Shown one piece after another: positions 14,064 through 24,306 of a DNA stretch of 64,000 nt. The stretch's first letter is position 1. Each line of letters starts with the position of its first letter. The DNA lies in assembly GCA_964247055.1 (NCBI GenBank), contig OZ176052.1, positions 930,001 to 994,000 of the forward strand, written 5' to 3'. The translations under genes and the position numbers were made by a program. The notes beneath the pieces were generated by a model. The model was not told the origin of the DNA. It worked only from the letters and a program-made list of their open reading frames with translations, and searched no databases. Origin of the DNA: Paragordius varius (lineage: Eukaryota; Animalia; Nematomorpha).

Positions 14064-14556
14064 TATATATCTCACAAATCATAAAATAGATTGTGACCAT
14101 TTTTTTTCACTTATATGGCGTGAAATTAATAAAAAGATTTCTTTAAACATAGAATAGATATAATTTCTAGCGTTAATTTTTGTTTAAAATTCAAATTTCG
14201 CTTTGTAAGTAACTGGTAATAAAAGTGATATACACGTTGCAAACATAATAATTTTAGTAAATATATTTATATTTTTTTTGAAATCAAATACCCGAAATTT
14301 ATTGAAAGAGGTTTAAAAAATCATACACAACACATATATAAATATATATATTTACATTTCGTGTCATTTTTCATGTATAAATAATACAATAAATTATATT
14401 ATTTGAATTAAAATTTAGTTTAATATTGTTATTAGGTGATATTTGCCAGTTTTGACTAAATAAGGAAAAATTTCAGTTTATTTTATTGGGAATGTGATAA
14501 TAAATTCTTTGTTTTTTGCGGGATATGTTTTGGTTGATAACTATATAAATAAAAGT

Positions 14557-16610
14557 CTAAATTGATTCTGTTCTTTGTTTTTGGTGTTGCTGATTTGCCC
14601 TAATAAGAGTTTCCAATTGTTCTTGTGTTATTTGTAGGACGTGTGGGGTCGGAGTAGATGGGTTATTTTTAGTGAGATGCTGTGTTGCAGCATTTATTTT
14701 ACCTAGTTTAATAATTTTGGGCGGCGGGACAAGTTTATTTAGTGTTAAAGGCTGTGCATTAGGAGGAGAAATATTATTTTTATTAAAGTATATAATTTTA
14801 TTGTTTCCAACCGATGGATTTATCTTCGACAAAAAAGTATTATTATTGCTATTATTGTTACTTATATTTTGGTTGAGCAGCTTATCATTTATCGTAATGA
14901 TTTGTGAAGTAGTAGAATTAGTATTATTTAAAATTGGATTGTAGTTACAAATTGTTTTAGTATTGTTTCGCAATACTAACGACTGCGAGGAAGTCGAAGC
15001 CCCATTTTTAACGTAGTTTAAGATTTTATTATTGGCAATAACCAAATTTTGACTTTTTGTCCCAATTAAGTTACTGCGATTGGCTTCATTTAGTTTAAAT
15101 CGTAAAACGTTTGGAGTGGTATTATGATTTAGAATGAAATTTGCCTCTTGATTAATTCCAATACAACTTCCTAACAAAGAGACAACATTAGCTGATGAAT
15201 TATTATCGTTAAGATTAGAGGTATTTGTGGATGTAAAGGTTTGATCATTATTAGCATTAAAATTGTCAGTGTTGTTTATATTGTCGTTTAAATTATTATG
15301 TGATGTTGGTCGGTTATTTTCGGTAATGACCGTATTTAATGGCCCGATCGATTCGTCATAAGTCTAATACAACGAAAAATTATACATTTAAATTTTTGAT
15401 AAAAATTAAGTGTTGTACAATTATAATGATTTCCTTGCATTTTTCATCTTACTGTAAATTAATGATTGTGCAAAAATATAGTAAAGCTGGATTAAAATAG
15501 TTTGTAATAGAGAAAAAAATGCGTCGTTTAACTATTCTTTAAAACCCTTTTGGGACTCATAATAATTATCTCTAAAATTGCACTTTCGCGTAATAAAAAC
15601 AAATACAAAAGTTTTATTTATGCATTAAATGTTTTATGGTTTATAATTTGAGGACAACCCAATATATCGATAATCCAAAAAAGAGTAATATATTATACTC
15701 GTTTCATGGCGGAACGATGTTCATCTCTGGGAATAATATCAACTAAGAAATCGAATTGATCACAACGACACGCAGCCAGAGCTACATCACTTTTCTATAA
15801 TTTAATTAATTTTACACATAAATGTATTGATTAAAATCAATCAAATTGAAATTGATATGTAATAGTCTTTTTTAAAATCAAATTTGTATTTACTAAAGGA
15901 TTTATTTGGTATATTAAAAAGTGTTACAAGATTACCCCCAAAAAAGTTATGCAAAAGACAAAACAAAAAATCATTTTCCATATAGTATTTAAAATTGAAA
16001 AATAACGATAAGAAGAAAAAAACCATAGTTAATTAAAATAATTTGCAGTTTTTACTGTCATTATTTTGTTTTTTACAATTCAAAGACGCAAAAAATGCTC
16101 GATACAAATTAGCATAAATAATGTCTCTAACAATTTCAATTTTTTCAAATTTATCTATATTATTTGCTGTTATCTACTACTTTATCCAAAAATTAAGTTA
16201 ATTATAAATATATTTTAAAAGGTAACTTGTAAAGTTCGGCGTTTATACGCTTCCGTGACCCACCAAGCTCTCATAGTTAATTCACTGATAAAAATTTCGG
16301 CAGCTTTTGCAAAAAGAATGGGCACTTCACCACTTATCATCTTAAAAAAATTATGATTTTATAAACTTTGACATCTTCATCAAGTTTCATAATTTTTTTA
16401 ATTCTCGCCAGTGGTAAATCTTGAAGTCTTAATTCACGCTAAAATAAAATAGTTTAAGCATCTTTGCAATCTCAACAAATCAAAAAAAGTTTAATGGAAT
16501 TAAACCATATTGGTGTTCTCGATTATTTCCATCTGCTTTTTCCAAAATTTATCCAATATTTTTTGTTGGTTCTTTGGATCCAATGTGATTGGATAACCAG
16601 TCAAATCCAT
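14557..16610 (-). CDS. NFYC: Nuclear transcription factor Y subunit gamma (NF-YC/HAP5), 5 exons: 16610-16506, 16438-16367, 16340-16227, 15794-15699, 15363-14557; 397 aa
   Basis: Spliced translation gives the histone fold [17 protein letters not shown]|[38 protein letters not shown]|[25 protein letters not shown]. All introns are GT-AG, phase 0 (67, 26, 432, 335 nt). The ORF track shows only part of the Asn-rich last exon. Confidence 0.95.
16341..16366 (-). other. Ultra-short 26-nt spliceosomal intron (NF-YC intron 2)
   Basis: gtttataaaatcataatttttttaag separates ...LDEDVK from MISGE... in the highly conserved histone fold. Unspliced it shifts the frame and reaches TGA. Confidence 0.9.
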
Positions 16611-16648
16611 TTCGATGCACGCACTAAATCCGATGTTTTTGAAACGGC
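16509..16648. promoter_or_regulatory. Candidate shared/overlapping bidirectional promoter of NF-YC and PMVK, with four CCAAT pentamers
   Basis: Only 38 nt (16611-16648) lie between the two divergent ATGs. CCAAT/ATTGG occurs at 16509-13, 16553-57, 16580-84 and 16588-92, inside NF-YC exon 1. Function is inferred. Confidence 0.5.
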
Positions 16649-17782
16649 ATGGTTCAAAACCAAGGAGTAATTTTGTTAATTAGTGGAAAGCGTAAATGTG
16701 GAAAAGATTATGTGGCAAATAAAATTTTAAAACAGTAATATACCCTATTAATTAATTTAGTTTTGGGTTAAATAATTCATGCATTTTACAATTATCAGCT
16801 CCGCTAAAATACGAATATTCTAAAGTATAATGGCTTTATATTTAAGATTTATACATTAGATTACGATAAGTTGCTGGATTCAACTGACTACAAGGAGCAA
16901 TATAGGCGAGATATGATTATATTTGGTCAAGAAAAACGAAAACTCAATGGTCCAATATTTTGTAGATTAATTCTTGAAAACGAATACAAGGATAATGAAA
17001 TGATTAAACGACAAAATTCAATTACCGAATATCCACTTTGGATAATTTCTGATTTAAGATATCTTATTGATTTAAATTATTTTGAAACTCAATTTTCGCC
17101 TCGTAAAGTTATAAAAATTCGGATTGAATCAGATCCTAAAATCCGACAAGACAGAAATTGGATTTATACTTTGGGTAGATGCTATTTAATTTAATATATG
17201 TTTTCAACTACTCTATGATTTTTTTATATTTTTATTAATTTCCCAATGTTAATTTAAAAAATTCTTTTTTTGTAATATATTTATTAAAATGATTTACGCT
17301 TACTCTATTAAGTTATAAAAGAAATATAGAATTAATTTAATTACCATTAAATTATTTTACAAATATGCCATTGGACGTTATCATATTTTTTAAACCGAAT
17401 GCTTGGCAAGATTATAAGATTTGAGTTTACAATTATAATTTATCGTCAATCGTCTTCAATAAAATAGATAATAATCAATTATAATTTTAGCTTACATTAA
17501 TATGTAAAATAATTTGGTTTTATCTATTGATTGTAATATAACTGTTAAAATTCCCTAAAAAATTAAATATAATTTAATAGACTCATAATTTATAGTTAAA
17601 TAGCCTTTAATTTATAAATTTCAATAAATTTAATTTGTATTTTAGGTGTCGATGATAATGCAAGTGAATGCGAACTAGATAATTATAATAATTGGGATTT
17701 TATAATACAAAACAATACAGCAACCGAATTGGATTCAAACCTAAGGGAATTAATAACTGTGTTGGAAAATTATTTAAAATAA
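16649..17782 (+). CDS. PMVK: Phosphomevalonate kinase, animal (P-loop NMP-kinase-fold) type, 4 exons: 16649-16734, 16761-16824, 16847-17174, 17646-17782; 204 aa
   Basis: P-loop ISGKRKCGKD, then LSAPLK, LLDSTDYKEQYRRDMI, WIISDLR, RQDRNWIYTLG|VDDNASECELD, all matching remembered human PMVK motifs in order. Introns are 26, 22 and 471 nt, GT-AG; total 615 nt in frame. Confidence 0.95.
16735..16760 (+). other. Ultra-short 26-nt spliceosomal intron (PMVK intron 1, phase 2)
   Basis: gtaatataccctattaattaatttag. Retention gives CAG TAA immediately; removal joins the P-loop exon to FGLN...LSAPLK. Confidence 0.88.
16825..16846 (+). other. Ultra-short 22-nt spliceosomal intron (PMVK intron 2, phase 0)
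   Basis: gtataatggctttatatttaag. Retention gives GTA TAA; removal joins YEYSK to IYTLDYDKLLDSTDYK in frame with the 16871 ORF. Confidence 0.88.
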
Positions 17783-18091
17783 ATTATAAAAATACTAAAT
17801 TTATTTATGTATATTTGCATGTTTAAATATGATGCTACAAAAAAATGCATATCTAAAATTAAGTAGAATATTCATGATACAATATTAAATATGTAAGTAA
17901 AAATGCATCTGATATTACATTGTAAGATTCTGTACAGATGGGAAAACTTTATAATTGGTAAAAAATGCATATTTATAAAAATATAAAGTGGTTGGAAGAA
18001 CTGAATAATAAGATTATACTTATATATCATAACTAAATTTAATTGTTTAAATTTTATGATAAACTTTAAAGTTTTGTGAAAAATATTAATT

Positions 18092-21000
18092 TTATACAGC
18101 ACTTTGTACATAAGTTGTTTCAGCCAAATAATATGTTGAATTGGCTTTTCTCAAATAGGATCCGTCAAAAACACGATGCGTAATTTTATTTGGTGGAGAC
18201 GTATTCTTATGTTGTGATATTTGATAAAAAGCATGCTTATTGTATTTGTGTGTATAGGGTGCATTTTGAGTAGCCAAGGATGGATAAGTTACAAAATTTT
18301 GGTATTTAAAATTATGCAACTTGGTAAATGGTTGTGTTCCCTGTGCATAATCATGGGTCCAAGATATTTTATGTGGTCTATGGCATGATGTAGAATTTAT
18401 ATGCTGTATATGTATTTGGGTTGGAGATTGTAATGGCATATTATTTTGTTGAACGGATACTCTGGATAAGTTTTTATAATCTTGTAAATTATTTGAGTGT
18501 TCAGTTAATATATATTTAGTCGAATGGTGAGGAATGGATAATGGTCTTGGTACGAATTTGTCGGGACAATGCTCATGAACCGTGTGTCTTCGAACAACTT
18601 TTTTCCGCTTAATCGCATTTTTGACATAATGATCTTTAGTATGTGCGTTATGTTTGCAATATGATTTTGCCAATAAATTTGTTTGGTTATTTTTGTTATT
18701 AATCGATACAGAGCAGCGGTTTTCTTCATTTTTCTTATCCTCGGTGTATGTTCGTTTTTGGTTTAACATAGTATTGGTGTAAGATATATAAGGCGGATAA
18801 TGTTTTAAATGTTGAGTGATGTGACCTGTGGCATCTATAAATGCATCAGGAAACTTTTTGGGCAAACTCGTTTTATATGTTTTAGGGTATTCGGCATCAC
18901 TGATATCTGCTTCTCGCCCACTCGATGCACCCTTCTCATCACTGTCAATTCTCATGTTACTGAACACGTAACATGGGCTTTGACGCTGATTTAAAGAGCT
19001 CATCAAGTTAACTGTCTCATCATATTTACGCAAAGGTTTGGCATAACCATTAAATGGTTTTACATTATTGGTGGCTTTTATATGCGCAGAATGATTAGCA
19101 ACATATCTGGGCTCGTATAATGTTACATGTGGTGAATATATATTCCTTTTCTTGCACGCATTAATGGGTCCTCCGGTGGATGAGTTTGGATTATTACATG
19201 TTATATGATATTTTGTGGTATGTGGCCTGACCACATCCATATCTTCCAAGCTGTAAAGAGTCCCAGAAAACCCGCTATCATCTTCAAACCCATCATAATA
19301 CTTGGCATTTGTCGTGTAATAATTGATATTATTGACATTATTTAGAGTTGCATGTGATTGGGCCATACAATGAGTATTGGCATATGTAGGTACGGAATAA
19401 TTCATGTCGGATCTTTGCGTTTGAAATGAATATTTGTCCGTTGTTGGAGTTAATGTAAGTAACTCTTGATTATTTTTGGTTAAAGAGTTATTAACCGTTA
19501 TTGAATTGGCATCATCAAAAAACCAAGGATACTAAAAAAAATTAAAGAAGGTTATAATTTGGTAAATGGTGGATGTAAAATTAAAATGATATCTTACATG
19601 TGTAATTAAGAGCTCAACAATTTTGCACTGATCTGGCATATCTTTTATGAAATTTAAGCTGTTTAAAGTTGTGGTATCAATAGTGTCCCCGTTGACCACT
19701 GTATTGTGTATGTGCATAGGATAACTAAAATTTTTGTTGATATCCATGTTCGATTTAATCGTCTTTTTGTCGTTCAAAGTATTGTTGTTTCGATTTTTAT
19801 TGTTTTTGGAATCATTCAGGTTTAAACCATTTCCAAGATTGTGCCCATTTTTATTGTTGGTGGTTGTGTATCGTACAATTGTTGGACCAAATATAATTGC
19901 TAAATTTTTTGCATTCATTTTGTTTTGGGAAGCGTATTGCGTAACAAGATTCAAATGTTTCATCACATATTTGAGCGTATGGTAATGATGCACCGGTAAA
20001 ATATGAACCTATAATTATAAAAATAAAAAGGTAATCTTATATGGAATAAATCAGGAGAGCTGGAAAATAAGGAATTCTTTTTCGAAATCGTTTTGGAACC
20101 GAAAATCAAATGTAAACTAATTTACAAATATTGTGTTTGCTATTTAATTTATATAAAACTTGTTTTTTAAAAAAAGATCCATGATTTTGGCTTAGTATGC
20201 GTATTTTGCATCAAATTATTTGGTTGGATGTAAAATTATGACGAAATGTAAAATGGCCTACACTATCAAAAAACAATATACCATAGCCCTACACATAACC
20301 ATTTTAACGAAATAAATCAAACTTATGTCTAACACAAACTGATGTAATAAACCTATTTTACTAAGGGATAAACTAAAGAGTGTAAATATCATACAAATAT
20401 TTTGAGTATTTGTAATCGTTCTTCGCGTGAATGGAGACGATTGGCTTCTATAATACAATGGTAGAGATCAGATGGGATCAGGGGATCCTTCAATCTTCTC
20501 AGGTAAGTTTTTAAAACACTGGCAATCTAAAATTGATTCAACATATATACAAAAACAATGGTAAAATTAGGCATTTTAAAAAACGAGAAAGCCTTTTTAA
20601 TTATTTAGCTTAATCCAAATAATGTGGAATGGAAAAAACATTGAAAACAAAATTATATTAGGACTCAAAATATTGAAACTATATCATAGTTTAAGCTTTT
20701 TGGGACAACAATTTTAGTTTTAGTAAGTATGATCTTGGCTTTTTTACGTTAATTTTTACATTAAAAACGGAAAAAGCAAAAAATGATCAAACTTTATAAA
20801 AATTTTATGCACCAATATTAAGGTCTGTTTAACCAATAAAAAATCTCTTTATAATTAACTTACAACATTAACGTCTCGCCATTTCTCACATATATCCTCT
20901 TTGGCATTGGCTAAAATTGAATTGTCCAGATTTTTTTCCGCCTTATAAATTTTTTCAGTATCTGAAGATAGCAAAATATTTTTGTCCATTTTCCATGCCT

Positions 21001-24000
21001 TTTCAATCTCATGAAATTTTGTACGCATCATTTCATATTCTAATAATGAAATAGGGTGTTAAATATAAAGCAACTTGCTTAATAAAAAATTGTTCAATTA
21101 ATTTTATATATGATAGATAGATAGGTAGATAAATATAGGGCTATAAAAAAATTTTGAGGTTCCTTATTAAAAAATAGTCAATAATCGTACTTAACATTGT
21201 CATAAACAGTTTAAAAGACATATGTTAGTGCTTTACGTTGAGATATATTATATACCAAATTTAAAATCATTAAATAATTTTTTAGGTTAAAAATATACCA
21301 AAAAAACCATTTTAAAACTATATAATATGAATAAATTTTTTATTCTTACGTATTAATTAAAACCTTTCTGATAATTTTCCAATAACATGCAATTTGGCAT
21401 GGAGGATGCCTTAATAGAATTATGATGTAGTTTAGAATTATTTTTAGCATTACGATTGTCATCATTTTGGGGACAATCCACATTCTTATTATTATTATCT
21501 GTGTTGGTCTTATGGCCATATAGTAAGGCCAATATTTGACTGATAGCTATACTGTTTCCAGGAATCCTGTATAGACCCGTTTGATGTAAACCTTAAAATT
21601 TAATTATATATAAATTATATTTATACAAATTAGATATACATTGTGAGTAAGTATACATTGCTAGAAACTTATTAATTATTGCCAAATAGCATATACAACA
21701 AAGGGGGCAGTATTATTGGCTAATAATAGTAAAATGGGAAAAAAATAACTATAAGCCAATAATAATTCCCTTTGCTGTATATACTATTTGGAAATAATCA
21801 AAAACTTTCTAGCAATGTATACTACTTGCTCATACTGTTTAAGCTTGTATGAAAATATACATAATCCATAGAATATATCTTCTCTATGAAATTTCTATTT
21901 ACTATATAACTTATTTTAACTCTGAATCTTAGTTGTTGGGATTAAAAGAGTAATCATAAAAAATAGAAATACATTTAAAATTTTGAAAAAGACAATTTTA
22001 AGAATATGTAATATAAACACCTCCAAGATGTTCAATCATTTTAATACAAGAGGACACAATAGCTGGAACTAATGGACTTGATCCATCACAGATCTTAGAA
22101 GGTATCGAATCTTCTAAAGTGTAATGTCCGTTAAAAGTATGTTCTCCGCTTTTATGAATCACATCAACATCTGTGCATAGTCAAACAAATAATATTTGTG
22201 GTAAAGAAATGAATATTGGGAGTAAAAATTAATATTAGTGAAAATAAAAAAGAAAGAAAGGGCCATAGTGCACGAGCAAGCATTACCATACCCATTAAAT
22301 AATAATTATTTTTTACTATTAGTGAAAGAAAAAAGGGAAGGAAGGGCATTTATTGAGTGAGTATGTAATACCATATACTACTACGTAATATTATTTTCCT
22401 TCAAAAATAATTATTATTTGATGGGCATGAGGTAATGCTTACTCGTGCACCATGGCCCTTTGTTTCTTTTTTATTTTCACTAATATTCATTTTTTTACTC
22501 CTAATATTCTTTTATTTAATCCACTGTATGTAATTGTATTACAGTCATGTAGAATATTTTGCTAAAGATTTACTTTTTTTCGTTAATTGGATATTAATAT
22601 TTGGTAAAGAATATAAATACAATGAATATTATTTCATACTTATTGGACTATATTTGCTTTTACAGTAATAAAATTGAACGTAAAAATTCAAAGACAAATT
22701 TTTTTTTCAAAAACCAACCATACTTTTTCAAACCCTATATTATCCTATTAAAAACATTTTGTAACATTCGTAAAATATGCAAGTGATTATATTACCATAT
22801 ACATCTCTGTTCTATACTTTGGATTTTAAAACAAATGTATTATATTAAAAAAATCACGATATAAAAAGTATGGTTGTATTTTAAAAAATATAATTGCTTT
22901 TATTTATTTTGAATGATTAATCTTATACATTGTATTAACTCTTTCATAGGAAAACAAGGTTGATAAGTTAAATAAATGCAAATAGATTTGAAACGTCTAA
23001 AATTTTAGTTAGATTTTGATTGAAGAACTCAAAAAATTAATAGGCCTCTGAAAAATAAAAATTCGAAATACAAAAAGTAAACTATGAATGTTGTTGAGAA
23101 AAAAATACCTAAATCATCCGTTTTTGTCGTGTTTTTAGATGCAGCAACTATGGCATTATTTGGTTGAAGTATTATTGAATTTTGCAGATTAGATGATAAA
23201 TTTGCTATGGATGCCTGAAATTTTCGTAAGAGTTGTTGTGTTTTATGTTTTCCGTGTGAATAAGGGGTATTTGCATTTGTTTTCACATTATCGTGAGATT
23301 TAGGCGATAATGTTAACAATTTCCCAGTCAAATTTACGTCTGAAGTGGTATTTAAACCAGAATTCCAATTGTCGCCTTTAAACAATCTTGATGGCGACAA
23401 TTTTTTATCATAAATTTTTAGGGATTGTCTTGTTGTGCAATTTTGAAAAGCAAAGCCATCATTTTTTAGTTTATTTGAAGTGATTGAGGACATTGATGGT
23501 GAAGGAGACGAAGGTGACACCATAACATTTAATTGTGAATGTGATTGACTTAAATTATCACCACGGGCGGCTAGTAGTAACTTTTTACAGTTTAAAAATA
23601 TGCTCGTCGAATCAACCAATTGTCCCCCAACATTGTTTTCATGGTAATGATTATAAACGTGTTTAGCCAATATTTTTGGCATTGGTCCACGCGATACTAG
23701 GGGGCTGGTGACATCATTTGAAGGCGTCAAGATTGATGAAAATGATTTCTATATCGGACACGATGACAAGAAATATAAATTTAACTAAAAAAATGGTTAT
23801 TTCACAGGAAAAAAACTCATTCTAAGGGCGGGGAGCGCGAAAAGGAAATTTATTTAAACAATAAAACTAGAAATAAATTAAAGGATTTCGGGTGCGAAAA
23901 ATCTGGGTTTTTCAAGGATATGGAAAAAAATGTTTCAAAAAATGCAGATAAAGGATTTGATTGATTGGGATTTTCATATTATAATACATATATTTTAAAA

Positions 24001-24306
24001 TTTTATGGCATATTGTAAAAGACTTTTAGAGCCGCGGTTTTAAGTAACCACTGTTTAATATGATATGTTAAAGGACAATTTAAGCAAAATATATAAAGGT
24101 TATATTCTCATCTATACCTATGGCATCATTTTATCGATATAAATCTAAAAAACCGTATGTGGGCAAAATTGATCTAAAAATAATTTTAATCATAAAAAAT
24201 AAAATTTATTATAAAATCAAAAAGTAGAAATATTTTGTTTTCTTAAAAAACTAAACGAGAAAAAAAATACTTCATTCGGTTTTGTGTGTATGGTGAAACC
24301 AGGCAT
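18092..24306 (-). CDS. RhoGAP, ARHGAP21/23 (RhoGAP19D)-like GAP domain; exons 24306-24271 (putative first), 23748-23109, 22170-22021, 21591-21364, 21039-20864, 20526-20395, 20008-19598, 19531-18092; about 1070 aa
   Basis: Arginine finger GLYRIPGN, then KWRDVNV|IASVLKTYLRRLKDPL, HHYHTLKYVMKHL, NKMNAKNLAIIFGPTIVR and DMPDQCKIVELLITH|YPWFF. All junctions are GT-AG with consistent phases (3213 nt). The first 36-nt exon is the weakest part. Confidence 0.85.
21639..21837. mobile_element. Fold-back MITE (CAGTATGAGTAA termini) in a RhoGAP intron; second copy at 25973-26149
   Basis: Near-complete internal inverted repeat, present twice in the window. Confidence 0.75.
22195..22525. mobile_element. Tc1-like MITE with ~120-bp TIRs in a RhoGAP intron
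   Basis: gggccatagtgcacgagcaagcattacc (22260-22287) and its inverse (22432-22460); right end CCACTG-TA. Confidence 0.75.

Noticed and set aside
16624-16650. 8-codon uORF upstream of NF-YC on the minus strand
   Set aside because: Its ATG is simply the reverse strand of the CATG containing the PMVK start codon, and nothing shows it lies in the NF-YC mRNA.
17000-17035. Extra ~15 residues in PMVK relative to the human protein, considered as another tiny intron
   Set aside because: The segment has no GT donor and stays in frame, so it is treated as a coding insertion.
8266-17782. Apparent lipid-metabolism cluster (CEPT1, PMVK, NF-YC)
   Set aside because: Three genes with loosely related roles are not enough to claim functional clustering without synteny or co-expression data; only the NF-YC/PMVK geometry is reported.
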